Under the pieces are notes generated by a model. It did not search any database. It was not told the DNA's origin and saw only the letters and a program-made list of their open reading frames with translations. DNA of 54,260 nucleotides from Deinococcales bacterium. GTDB taxonomy: Bacteria; Deinococcota; Deinococci; Deinococcales; JAAFIG01. A program made the position numbers and the translations under genes. Positions 1 to 9,294 of the stretch are shown piece by piece; position 1 is the stretch's first letter; each line of letters starts with the position of its first letter. Where the stretch lies: assembly GCA_031414595.1 (NCBI GenBank), contig JANNVX010000055.1:1-54260 (forward strand), in the 5' to 3' direction.

Positions 1-143
1 GGTGTTCGAGTGGATTGAAGTGTTCTATAATCGGAAACGGCTACACTCCACAATTGGCTATAAATCACCTGCTGAGTTCGAGGAAAACTGGTGTAAGGCT
101 CAAGTACCGACCTTCATGTCCACGACTTCTTGACAATTCACCA
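1..143 (+). mobile_element. Right end of an IS3-family insertion sequence: transposase C-terminus (2..133) and right terminal inverted repeat
   Basis: Frame 2 reads [27 protein letters not shown]...*, the typical IS3 integrase-core C-terminus. The sequence TGTCCACGACTTCTTGACAATTCACCA overlaps its end and ends in CA, like IS3 right IRs. Confidence 0.88.
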
Positions 144-238
144 ATTTAGTTCTTTGAGTTGACTGACCAGTTTATAATGCCGTTTCATAAACAAATCTGT
201 GTTCGGAATTTGTTCGAGTTGTCTTACCCATTGCTCAG

Positions 239-1651
239 TCATGGTTTGTGCCTCTTGCCTTTGGTCTTTTTGATTGGTTCAGGTTGCTCTTGTTTCACAA
301 AACCCCAGCCGCACCAATCCCCATACTCAAACTCGAGTTCGCCACTTGCCACAGCACGGCAGCGTTCGCCCAAGCGTTTAATTCTGGGTGATGGATGACG
401 CAAAAAATACGCCACAAACCCGCCCAATCCAGTATCTCGAGAAGCACTGCCTCGAGAAGTCGAAACATGGCAGTACAAACAATGCAGTAAGTAATCCGCA
501 TCGGGCAAATTTGGGTCGGCTGCCAAGTCGGTCAGTTCATCGAGCAAATTACCCCATTGCATTACCAAATCCCAGTTCATGGCGGGTTCACTGCGTCCAG
601 CATAAGAAAACCAATCTGCCATCTCGAGGTAAGCGGGTTTGTAGGGGTCTTGGAAAAACGAGGAAATTGCTTTTGGCTCGAGAACCGTTAAGAGTTTAAT
701 TCGCCCATGTTCCCAGCCAGTGATTAAGCGGTACTGCTGCCCCTTAATTGCCGTTTGCAGCGTGTACGGGTACTCGAGTTTGGCGGCTTCAAAGACACTC
801 AGGCAATGCCGCAAAAAATCCCATGAATCCATTTCAAATTCGGTTGGGTAATCGGGGTCAAACATCATCCAATCGAGTGCCAAAGTGCAGTCCTGAATTT
901 TTGCGCCAGTCACAGTAAAATCCATGTAAGTGGCAAAGTATTCGGCAGCCAGAACCACACGGTTGAGATTTGGGTATTTTTTAAGTTGCCCGAAAATCAC
1001 CTTTGATATTTCACAGTTGATCAGTTTATGCGTCTCGAGTTTAGCTAGGATATTCTCGCGCCAGAATTGGGCTTCGCTTGGGGTAAATAATCGCCCATGA
1101 TGCTCAAAAAGTTCAACATAACGCCCTGCATCGGACTCGAGGGCATTCAGGACACTGGGCAGAAAACCAGTTTGTTTTGCCACACCAAACTCGAGTTCAT
1201 ACTGGTCTTCGGTATAAACCTCAACACCGCTTGGAAAATCGGTTCGATTATCCGCGACAAGCCTTGCCACCTCGAGCAGTTTAAGCACGGTGCTGTGCGC
1301 CATGAAGGTACTGTCCTGCATGGTTGGCACAAATTTATATCTCCAAACCTGTTCCTCGAGCGGCTGCCCTCGGGTGCGTTCAAAATCCCCGCGCATTCGG
1401 ATAAATTCGGTTGCACTGGGGTAATCCTCAATCGGGTAGTACCACAACACGGTTGTACTGCGCTCAGATTTTAATTGCTCGAGATTCTGCGCTAACTCGA
1501 GGTTCTGCACCGCACTGATAAAATAACGCAGCATTTCATGACGTTCATGGTCGTCATGCTGACGCAAATGCAGTGTTTGGTGCTGCCGCTCGAGCAGCAG
1601 CCAAAAGCCATCTATTCGCAAGTAACCTTCGGTGTTTCTTGGCAGGGTCAT
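239..1651 (-). CDS. Multi-module hypothetical protein (modules X-Y-Z), putative poly-immunity protein
   Basis: 470-aa ORF with an ATGA overlap to the upstream gene. Paralogous to 1648..3261 (IDG[FY], STVLK, FG.A..TG..PS.L, LDWM...PDYP). Distinct C-terminal DPY..W...W.L....L..LAADP..P...Y.LHCLY...DWC module. Confidence 0.7.
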   Translation of the reverse strand: MTLPRNTEGYLRIDGFWLLLERQHQTLHLRQHDDHERHEMLRYFISAVQNLELAQNLEQLKSERSTTVLWYYPIEDYPSATEFIRMRGDFERTRGQPLEEQVWRYKFVPTMQDSTFMAHSTVLKLLEVARLVADNRTDFPSGVEVYTEDQYELEFGVAKQTGFLPSVLNALESDAGRYVELFEHHGRLFTPSEAQFWRENILAKLETHKLINCEISKVIFGQLKKYPNLNRVVLAAEYFATYMDFTVTGAKIQDCTLALDWMMFDPDYPTEFEMDSWDFLRHCLSVFEAAKLEYPYTLQTAIKGQQYRLITGWEHGRIKLLTVLEPKAISSFFQDPYKPAYLEMADWFSYAGRSEPAMNWDLVMQWGNLLDELTDLAADPNLPDADYLLHCLYCHVSTSRGSASRDTGLGGFVAYFLRHPSPRIKRLGERCRAVASGELEFEYGDWCGWGFVKQEQPEPIKKTKGKRHKP

Positions 1652-3261
1652 GATTTTTTCCTAAAAAACTGGGCGGTACGGTCAATACCAGCTTGCTTAA
1701 ACATACGTTCTAAATCTTGACCTTCAGTAAGGCTTTTTGGTTTAACCCGTTCGGCATGACCCAATTTAATCATTCTGTCATCCCAAACTAAAATTAAGCG
1801 CATTGGAATGGTCAGTGACTCAAAAATGATTGGCTCGATATTCTCCCGTTTAGCCGCCAAAAAAACTTGTTCGGCGGCGGCTAAAAAGTCATATGTAAAG
1901 GCATGACCATCACTTGGATAGTCTGGTGCATGAATCATCCAATCTAGAGAAACACCTAAGTCTCGAATGTCATGTTCCTTTGGCAAACTATAATCCTCCA
2001 GCCGAGTATCCGAAATTAAGTAACCATACAAATACTCGGCGTTATCTAAACAGGTTTTTAGGTTGACACAGTTGGCGCTTTTAAGCTGGTAATACACGGC
2101 TTCGTTCTCAAATTCGCGGTTTAGCAAACCCGCTCGAGACAATTCATCCAGTAAATTTGTTCGGGCAGACTCGAGGGTTGGCAAACCAGTTTTCAAAGCC
2201 GCCAAATACTCTGTGGCACACGCCTCGAGCCTCGGCAATAAGCTCGGGCGTAAGCCTGTGCTGGCAGCCCAACCAAAACGCAAATCCCAATCATCTTCGG
2301 ACAGCACTTCAACATCCCTAAGCAACAAAATGTTCTGGGAAAGCAGAATTTCTCGAGTCAAGCGCACCATTTTTAAGACCGTGCTGTGCGTCAAACAATG
2401 AAAGTCATACTGCCAAGTCGGTTGGTAAGCCCAAACAGGCTCTTGCACATCCCCAAGGCGTTCACACAGTTCATGCAGCGCAAAAAGTTGATGGTACTCG
2501 AGAAAATCCTCTGGTTTAATCTGAAATAGTTGCGCTCGTTCAAGGTTGTACCGCCAACCTTTTTGCAAGTGCATCCAAAAATCCTCGAACCGCTCTTCGT
2601 TCTGGACTTGAGTAAGAATAAAATCAATGATTGGGACATCTTTTTCCTTAGCATTATAACTTCTGACAATGCTTTCACGACTCGAGAAAATCGGTTGACC
2701 AGACTCAAATTTTACGTCTATGGTGTACCCATCTATCAGAAGCGAAAAAGCTGCATTGGTCATGCTTTTTGTGATTTCAACACCCTCGAGTAAAACATTT
2801 GAATCAGAAAACAACAAAGACTCCACCTCAATGATTTTCTGTACACTGCTTTGCGGCATAAATTGTTTGGCATGTCGCCAATCTCCACTGTTGACACTGA
2901 CATGCCAAATTGGTTCGTTCAGGACTTGCCCAGTGCGTTTTTGGTACTGCTCGAGTTCGGTGCTAAATTCGGGGTCAGAATGATATTCACTAAATTCGGA
3001 AGGCTGAATCAAATGCCCGTAAAAAACCCCTGAAATTGCCCAGCCTGTGCCGCTTGCAAAACCTTGGTGCATGATGGAATTCACATCATCAAAACTCGAG
3101 ATATGGGGTTTAGAAACATTCAACAAAAACTCGATGATGAGTTTGTACACACCTTCGGACAGCACAATTTTTTTGTTATCCTTCTCGAGCAGCAAAAGCG
3201 GGTAGCCATCCACCAAAAGGCGTTTGGTGATGTTCCAATCGGGATAATTAGGGTGTGTCAT
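1648..3261 (-). CDS. Multi-module hypothetical protein (modules X-X-Y), putative poly-immunity protein
   Basis: Long ORF. Start placed at ATG 3261 (MTHPNY) behind AGGTGG. Internal duplication: LLVDGY.../LLIDGY..., EPIW/EPVW, SSVQK/STVLK. Confidence 0.7.
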   Translation of the reverse strand: MTHPNYPDWNITKRLLVDGYPLLLLEKDNKKIVLSEGVYKLIIEFLLNVSKPHISSFDDVNSIMHQGFASGTGWAISGVFYGHLIQPSEFSEYHSDPEFSTELEQYQKRTGQVLNEPIWHVSVNSGDWRHAKQFMPQSSVQKIIEVESLLFSDSNVLLEGVEITKSMTNAAFSLLIDGYTIDVKFESGQPIFSSRESIVRSYNAKEKDVPIIDFILTQVQNEERFEDFWMHLQKGWRYNLERAQLFQIKPEDFLEYHQLFALHELCERLGDVQEPVWAYQPTWQYDFHCLTHSTVLKMVRLTREILLSQNILLLRDVEVLSEDDWDLRFGWAASTGLRPSLLPRLEACATEYLAALKTGLPTLESARTNLLDELSRAGLLNREFENEAVYYQLKSANCVNLKTCLDNAEYLYGYLISDTRLEDYSLPKEHDIRDLGVSLDWMIHAPDYPSDGHAFTYDFLAAAEQVFLAAKRENIEPIIFESLTIPMRLILVWDDRMIKLGHAERVKPKSLTEGQDLERMFKQAGIDRTAQFFRKKS

Positions 3262-4378
3262 TTGCCACCTGCCATGCCAAAATTTTTTCCTCGAGTTGCA
3301 CGGGTGCAACCCCGATAATACTGGCTATAAAGGCGTGTTTCCACTCGAGACTGGCAGTGATGGGTAGGGCTTGCTCGAGTTGGTGCAGATTTGCTCCAGT
3401 GCGGATTAAACCAAGAATTTTTTCGTAAGGCTCGAGGAAATGCAGGACTTCAAGCAGTAAACTCGGAAGCCATGTCTGCATGGATAAGTGTTCTACACTA
3501 AAACGATGTTCGTTTTGAGTGGTTTCCATGTACAGCATGGCATTATTTTGTGTGATGTACAGTGCGCCACTGTTATAACTCCAATGCGAAATTCTTAGTA
3601 GTCCAGCGTAATCACTGGATTCGGAAGCTGGGCGTTCAGTGGTTAGCTCCTCGAGTGAATGGGCTTGTTCGGTAATTAAATCCCCAAGAAAATCTGGGAG
3701 TGGTTGCCGCCATGTTTCTTTATTGTTGTGTTGTAAGACTTCCTCAAAGCCCATCAAAGTTAAAGCACTGTGCCAGCGTCCGCCGTTGCCAATGTGCAGC
3801 AAAAAATCGGCGTAAGGTTTTGGAATCACAATGCCTGTTTGATGCTCTAGCGCCATCCAAACTTGGGATTCTATATCGCTAACAGTCCCACGAAGCGGGT
3901 AAGCCGTTAAGTCAAAATGCTGCGCTCGAGCCAGTGCGAGTGGTAAAAACTCGAGAACACTGGGCAACTGCTCGAGTGGCAAAATGGGGAAGTAATGCCG
4001 CACCACAAAAATACTTTTGTCATAAACCCAGACTTTATACAGTGGGGCAGCCGCAAATGTTTCGGTGCTGATGTGGTTTTTTAAGCCCAAAGCGGTCAGC
4101 CATTGGCGCAGAAGTAGGGCATCTCGTTCGTTTCTGAATTTAGCCGCCAACCAATCGTGGCGAATTTTACTCGAGATTAACTCCAAATAGAATTCGCAAG
4201 CAACTTCTTCGGAATCGGTTTCAAAAAGTATTTCTTGTTCCCAACCTCGCTCGCAGAAAGCAATTTTCCAAGTGTGCTTATCTTTGAATAAACAAAATTC
4301 ATCATCGCCACGCGAACCAACAAAATAACGATTAAAACCAAGCGATTGCAATTTCTGTTCGAGTTGTGCGGTGTTCAT
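3248..4378 (-). CDS. SMI1/KNR4 (SUKH) domain protein with an N-terminal Imm59-like domain
   Basis: ALEHQTGIVIPKPYADFLLHIGNGG matches the SUKH motif. The N-terminal 70 aa (W.I...ERG......F..EE.AC..YL) resemble small toxin-immunity domains. Confidence 0.75.
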   Translation of the reverse strand: MNTAQLEQKLQSLGFNRYFVGSRGDDEFCLFKDKHTWKIAFCERGWEQEILFETDSEEVACEFYLELISSKIRHDWLAAKFRNERDALLLRQWLTALGLKNHISTETFAAAPLYKVWVYDKSIFVVRHYFPILPLEQLPSVLEFLPLALARAQHFDLTAYPLRGTVSDIESQVWMALEHQTGIVIPKPYADFLLHIGNGGRWHSALTLMGFEEVLQHNNKETWRQPLPDFLGDLITEQAHSLEELTTERPASESSDYAGLLRISHWSYNSGALYITQNNAMLYMETTQNEHRFSVEHLSMQTWLPSLLLEVLHFLEPYEKILGLIRTGANLHQLEQALPITASLEWKHAFIASIIGVAPVQLEEKILAWQVANDTP

Positions 4379-4449
4379 ATTAGTATTGTGACACAGAGGT
4401 ATCTCTTAGTTATCGCATCTTGCACCAACACAATTGGCTACCCGAAAAT

Positions 4450-6141
4450 TTACTTAGGCAAATCCACCACATTGAGTCTCGAGGCGCTGACAAACACGAC
4501 ACTCGAGCCGTTAGATGAGATTTGCCAATCATCGCCAGCCACTTTGCTTTGTAAGTCCGCGAGTTTTCGTTGTTTGCCAGTTCTTAAATCCCATTCGAGC
4601 AGCAGATGGGTTTGACTGCTTTGCATGGGGATAAATACCACCCGACTTGCATCTCTAAAACGGTACGAACCAAACCACGGCAGTTTTTGTTTTTGACCTG
4701 TACGGGTATTTAAGCTAAACATTCCATTTCTGGCTTGGCTGTCAAATGCCACGTAATACAAAACATATTGCCCATTTTTGGATAGGCTGATGCCCCGAAA
4801 ATTCAGGGCGCTCGAGAAGGTTTTTAAGTTCCTTGTTTTCAAATCAAGCTGCATTAAATCACGGTCTCGAGGGCTGGCTTTTTGCTTGCCGTTTAAGAGT
4901 AAGGCTTCTTCATCTAGCCAACCGCTCAGTCCACCACCGTACAAAACTGCCACGGCTCGAGTATTGCTTAAACCCAAACGCGGCTCGAGGCGTAAGGTTG
5001 CCACATAAACAGTGGTTTGTACCGTGTCAAAACGGCTGCTCTGACTTGATACCGTCCAAGCCACTTGCCGTTCAGACGGGGAGAACAAAACACTGGTGGC
5101 GGGAATACTGACCCGTTCGCCCGTAGCTAAGCGCTCGAGTAAAGTGTTTGCACCGTTCAAAATTGCAAATCGCTCGGATGATGAAAGCCGAACCACACTC
5201 GAGAATTCTCGTTTGGCAGAAGCCGAATTCTTGGTATCAATGCCGTAAATTGCGGCTGGTTCGGCATTGGGTTTATCAATAAACAGCACACGGCTCGAGT
5301 CTTTGCTCCAAAAAGGGGCGACACAACACCCAGAACTCGAGATCGAAAATGGTACACCCACCGGGTTGCTTGAGTCATCGCTTGCACTGTTATTACTTCG
5401 GTAAATTCGGCTCGGGTAGCTCAAAGTACGGTCATTAGCAGCCACTGGGTACGGACGTGCGTAATCATTCAGCAATGCCCCGCCGCGTCTGGCACTGGGT
5501 TGATCCTCTAAAGTTTGCCATTTACGCGGATTGTTTAGGTCGCGTTGATAACCACGTCCAAAACTCCCCAGCAACGCCAAGGTATTCCAATCGGCATTGA
5601 TGTAGCCGACAGGATTGAGGAAACGTTGATGGCTTCTATCCCGAATCTCGAGATGCAAATGTGGGGCGCTATAACAAGTCAGTTGCGAATCGCCTGAAAT
5701 CCCAATTTGTTGCCCTTTGCTGACGCGCTGCCCAATTCGTAAACTCGAGCGCACTTGCAAGTGTCCGTATAAACTCGAGAGATTCCCCGCATGTTCAAGC
5801 ACCAAATTGTGCGGGTCGCTGCCGTGTGAACCATCCACTTCTGAAACCACGCCATCACCAATTGCCACCACGGGCGTACCGCACTTGGCACTAAAATCCA
5901 TACCAAAATGAATCCCCTGTCCAGAGCGATAATCTGAATTCCGCCGCCGATACGCCCCTGTGGTATTGCCGTACAACTGCCCGAGCAGCCATGTGTTGAC
6001 ACTGGGTTGTCCCGCAAAAGGCAAAGAGAATTGCTTTGATGGTGCTGCAAGCTGCGACATCGGCAAGGCTGGCGCAGAATGCGATAAAGCAACTCCAAAA
6101 AAACCCAGTCCAAACAAAACCAGCACCACTCGAGGATTCAT
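4450..6141 (-). CDS. Secreted M23 metallopeptidase with a C-terminal TolB-like beta-propeller
   Basis: Signal peptide; HFGMDF, YGHL and PHLHLE zinc motifs; repeated WSKDS/FSPSE/LSKNG/ISSNG propeller blades. Confidence 0.9.
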   Translation of the reverse strand: MNPRVVLVLFGLGFFGVALSHSAPALPMSQLAAPSKQFSLPFAGQPSVNTWLLGQLYGNTTGAYRRRNSDYRSGQGIHFGMDFSAKCGTPVVAIGDGVVSEVDGSHGSDPHNLVLEHAGNLSSLYGHLQVRSSLRIGQRVSKGQQIGISGDSQLTCYSAPHLHLEIRDRSHQRFLNPVGYINADWNTLALLGSFGRGYQRDLNNPRKWQTLEDQPSARRGGALLNDYARPYPVAANDRTLSYPSRIYRSNNSASDDSSNPVGVPFSISSSGCCVAPFWSKDSSRVLFIDKPNAEPAAIYGIDTKNSASAKREFSSVVRLSSSERFAILNGANTLLERLATGERVSIPATSVLFSPSERQVAWTVSSQSSRFDTVQTTVYVATLRLEPRLGLSNTRAVAVLYGGGLSGWLDEEALLLNGKQKASPRDRDLMQLDLKTRNLKTFSSALNFRGISLSKNGQYVLYYVAFDSQARNGMFSLNTRTGQKQKLPWFGSYRFRDASRVVFIPMQSSQTHLLLEWDLRTGKQRKLADLQSKVAGDDWQISSNGSSVVFVSASRLNVVDLPK

Positions 6142-6186
6142 GCTCTTGGTTATACGTTTTTTTTCGTCGTTCCACAGCGTTGTACC

Positions 6187-6855
6187 TTACGTTATCTTAT
6201 GGATACTCAGGAGTTTTTCTAAAACCTCGAGATACTTTTTTTCATGCACCAAACGTTCTTGGTCAGCAATCTGCAAACGCATTATGCCATCTTTCAAGTA
6301 ATCGGCTTTGATGGCACTGTAAATAACTCCTTCGCGCTGGGGTATTAAATCATAGCCTGTTCTCGAGTCTGCCCAAGCCTGCGCCAATGCAAAATCGCCA
6401 ATGCTTAAAATGGTAGCCAAGCACCATAAGGTTTCCACGCCACGCACACGATAATTCTCGAGTTCAAACACATCTGGGGTCAGGCGCACATCTATTGCGT
6501 CTGGGTTGAGCTTCTCGAGTGCCACAATCTGGTGTTGCCAACCAAGGTGCTTGGCAACACCAAGCAACAAACCCAAATACTCGCTTTCTGGAGCATGGCA
6601 TTTTCGTAATCGTCTGGCATCTGGATTGGGCAACCAGCAGTACCGCACCATGCCAGAGCGGTCGGCTCGAGAAGGATATTCGATGCCACCCCAACCAAAT
6701 TCGGCAATCCAAGATTGGCGCGTCAACGCATACCGCATCACCACCCGCAAATCCCTTCTCGAGAAAATCATGTCCAGACCACGCTCGAGGTTGATGTCTT
6801 TGGGGTCAGTGCCATAACTGCGGCGTTTCTCGAGGTTCGGGCGAAAAATAATCAT
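6187..6855 (-). CDS. Hypothetical protein with two ~110-aa repeats (CdiI-like immunity module, inferred)
   Basis: Paralog of 7614..9050: IFS..DL, G.EYP.R.DR...VR, PE..YLG.L.GV. Confidence 0.7.
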   Translation of the reverse strand: MIIFRPNLEKRRSYGTDPKDINLERGLDMIFSRRDLRVVMRYALTRQSWIAEFGWGGIEYPSRADRSGMVRYCWLPNPDARRLRKCHAPESEYLGLLLGVAKHLGWQHQIVALEKLNPDAIDVRLTPDVFELENYRVRGVETLWCLATILSIGDFALAQAWADSRTGYDLIPQREGVIYSAIKADYLKDGIMRLQIADQERLVHEKKYLEVLEKLLSIHKIT

Positions 6856-6864
6856 CGGTAAGCC

Positions 6865-7182
6865 TCACGCACCATATTCGAGGATTGATGTGACGGGCTG
6901 AATTCGCGGTTTCATTTGCCACCAGAGTAACCCAAAAATCCCACATGCCAAGCCCAAAAAGTACAAAGCAAAAAACTGGAAGCACAACATGAAAAATGCC
7001 AGTAACGCTGTAAGTATCGCCAAGCCACGCAGCAAGACTACTGTGCGACACGATACAACAAATACGATGGCGTACAAAATGCCCAGCAGCGCTCCTTGCC
7101 AGCCGAATAGCGCACAACCCAGCAAGGTGTACAATAAAAACAAGCCTCGAGCCAACCAACGTAATTTCAGTATCATCACCAC
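6865..7182 (-). CDS. Small multi-pass membrane protein
   Basis: 105 aa, about four hydrophobic segments, co-oriented and tightly packed with neighbours. Confidence 0.65.
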   Translation of the reverse strand: MVMILKLRWLARGLFLLYTLLGCALFGWQGALLGILYAIVFVVSCRTVVLLRGLAILTALLAFFMLCFQFFALYFLGLACGIFGLLWWQMKPRIQPVTSILEYGA

Positions 7183-7234
7183 AGTTTGCCGTATAGTTAT
7201 CGCCTAAGTATCGCTTAGCTAAGGGCAGTGCATC

Positions 7235-7627
7235 TCAACCCGAAAAATCAAGTTTGTGCGACCATTTAAGGTAGCCTTCTTCGCCATCAAACGTGATGCC
7301 TTTTTTCACTAGACAAAATTCAATTCTCAAGGTCAGTGAATAGTCCGTGTGTGTGATGTTGCGCTGAATAAAATCGAGCAAATCTTCGACCAAGCCATGT
7401 GTCAGGCTCGAGTGGGCTTTAATCGTACAAGAAGCCAACCACCACGGATGAGTTTCACCCGCATCACGCAGCCAAATAAAACCAAAATCTGGCGGTGTTT
7501 TGTAGGCATCGCCTCGTGGAATTTGGTGGGTGTTGGTTTCGGTTAAGCGAAATACCATATCTTTATCAGAGCCGTAACAGACAATATTTAACTGTATTTT
7601 CCCCAAGGTGTATTCAAAGGAGGTCAT
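7235..7627 (-). CDS. Hypothetical protein
   Basis: 130-aa ORF whose start overlaps the end of the upstream gene. No recognisable family. Confidence 0.65.
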   Translation of the reverse strand: MTSFEYTLGKIQLNIVCYGSDKDMVFRLTETNTHQIPRGDAYKTPPDFGFIWLRDAGETHPWWLASCTIKAHSSLTHGLVEDLLDFIQRNITHTDYSLTLRIEFCLVKKGITFDGEEGYLKWSHKLDFSG

Positions 7628-9050
7628 GAATTCCTTTCACTTGCTCGAGAATAGCTAAGTACAGGGCTTGTGCCACGATTCGGTCATTACCATTGGGCAT
7701 TTTTAGTTTCACTGTTCCGTCAGTGCGGAAAATCAAACTTAAAGTCGGGTGGTAATACCCATATGAAAAACCGCGTCTTTCTTGCGCTTCTGCCCATGTC
7801 TGCTCGATATTTTGACGACACAGAGCAATAATTAAGCAATCCCAGACCCTAGCATCAAAAGGGGTTATTCGGTAATTCTGTTGCCAGTACATATCGGGCT
7901 TGTAGTGTACTTCTATATTCTCAAGTGGCATCAATGCCCGAATGGTTTTTGATTCTTTGAGCATCCCTCGAGCTTTTGTGATGGCTGCCAGCACTGCTAA
8001 AAATAAGGCTTTGGGAATGGACTGCTTGGTTCGTTGGATTGTCGTCATCGTTACTTCATCACCCAGTATCATCACCCCAGAATCATTCTCGAGCCGAATT
8101 TGCATTCCATACGGTTGTGGGTTTAAGACCATGTTTACCCAATCTTCAAGCCGCACCCAAGCAACAATAATCTCGAGCAGTGCAACAAAAATTTCTGTTC
8201 TGGGCGCAATGTGGTAATTGGGTGCCAAATGCACTTGGGGTTCAAACCGCACAGTTGGCAGACTCAAAACATCGTTTCGCAAAGTTTCTAAGCCATGAAT
8301 AAAGAAAAGTTGCTCGAGAATATCCAAGTATAAATCTTCGGACAGCACTTGCTGGGCTGGTTCAAACTTCCCGTTAGCTTCCTTTATGTACTCCCAGACA
8401 ATATGCCCAGCCTCAAAACGTATTTCGCACCGTCTGAATTGATCTGGAACATAGGCATAAGAATTCATAAAGGCTTGGTCATCAAGGTACTCGATACTTG
8501 TTTTCAAAATTGCCATTTCACGGGTCTGCTCGAGATTCTTGGGGTATAGGGCAAGCCCTAAACACGAATGTGCCTCGTAAGAAAACGGCTCGAGCTTATA
8601 CTGCTCTAGACTGTAAATATTCGGCTTATACTGCACTTTTATTGACTCAAGAGTCTTTGACTCACGGATTTTTGCCGCTTCTTTAATATACCCGTTGCAC
8701 TCGAGAACCCCAACCAGCACACCCAAATAAACACGTTCGGGAATATGAAATTTGCGCCGAATAATTTTATGGGTCTGGTCGCGCCCTTCAGGGGCTTGTC
8801 CTTTGCGGTCGCGCCACTCCCAACGCCAAATTCGTACTTGGTCGGCACGGTCTGGGCGGGTTGGGTACTCGAGACCATGCCCATAATCGGTGTTGGCGTA
8901 CTCGCCTTTTTCTAGGGCAGCCTTGGCAATGGCAGGTAAATCCTTGTACGAAAAAATCACCCCAAGGGCTTGCTGGGCTTGCCGCGTTAAGGGATTCAAC
9001 AGGTAATTTTCTGCTGAGCGCTGTTGGGGCTTGAATAAAAGCTGAGGCAC
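7614..9050 (-). CDS. Hypothetical protein with four ~110-120-aa repeats (CdiI-like immunity module, inferred)
   Basis: Four units begin [FY][KE]P......[NQ]Y...P and end in a hydrophobic..[YF]L..L helix. Confidence 0.72.
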   Translation of the reverse strand: MPQLLFKPQQRSAENYLLNPLTRQAQQALGVIFSYKDLPAIAKAALEKGEYANTDYGHGLEYPTRPDRADQVRIWRWEWRDRKGQAPEGRDQTHKIIRRKFHIPERVYLGVLVGVLECNGYIKEAAKIRESKTLESIKVQYKPNIYSLEQYKLEPFSYEAHSCLGLALYPKNLEQTREMAILKTSIEYLDDQAFMNSYAYVPDQFRRCEIRFEAGHIVWEYIKEANGKFEPAQQVLSEDLYLDILEQLFFIHGLETLRNDVLSLPTVRFEPQVHLAPNYHIAPRTEIFVALLEIIVAWVRLEDWVNMVLNPQPYGMQIRLENDSGVMILGDEVTMTTIQRTKQSIPKALFLAVLAAITKARGMLKESKTIRALMPLENIEVHYKPDMYWQQNYRITPFDARVWDCLIIALCRQNIEQTWAEAQERRGFSYGYYHPTLSLIFRTDGTVKLKMPNGNDRIVAQALYLAILEQVKGIHDLL

Positions 9051-9243
9051 GAAAATGTATTTTAACTGATTGATTGAGTTATTTGGTTATCGGCTTATGC
9101 AAATGTCTGTCATACCGAATTAACTTAATCACTCTCATTTGACCAAAAAACGGTCAAATTGTCGTTCAAGCGTTAATTCGGTTTCGTTGTCACTCCTTTT
9201 CTTGCTCACAAGACAGCACCTGCGGGCTGTTCGCGCTTAGTCG

Positions 9244-9274
9244 GTTAATCAGTCAAAATACGCGACTGATTAAC
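9244..9274. terminator. 11-bp inverted repeat downstream of the ROK regulator (possible terminator)
   Basis: GTTAATCAGTC-N9-GACTGATTAAC, 20 bp past the stop codon. Confidence 0.45.
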
Positions 9275-9294
9275 ACAATTTGGTATCACATCTT

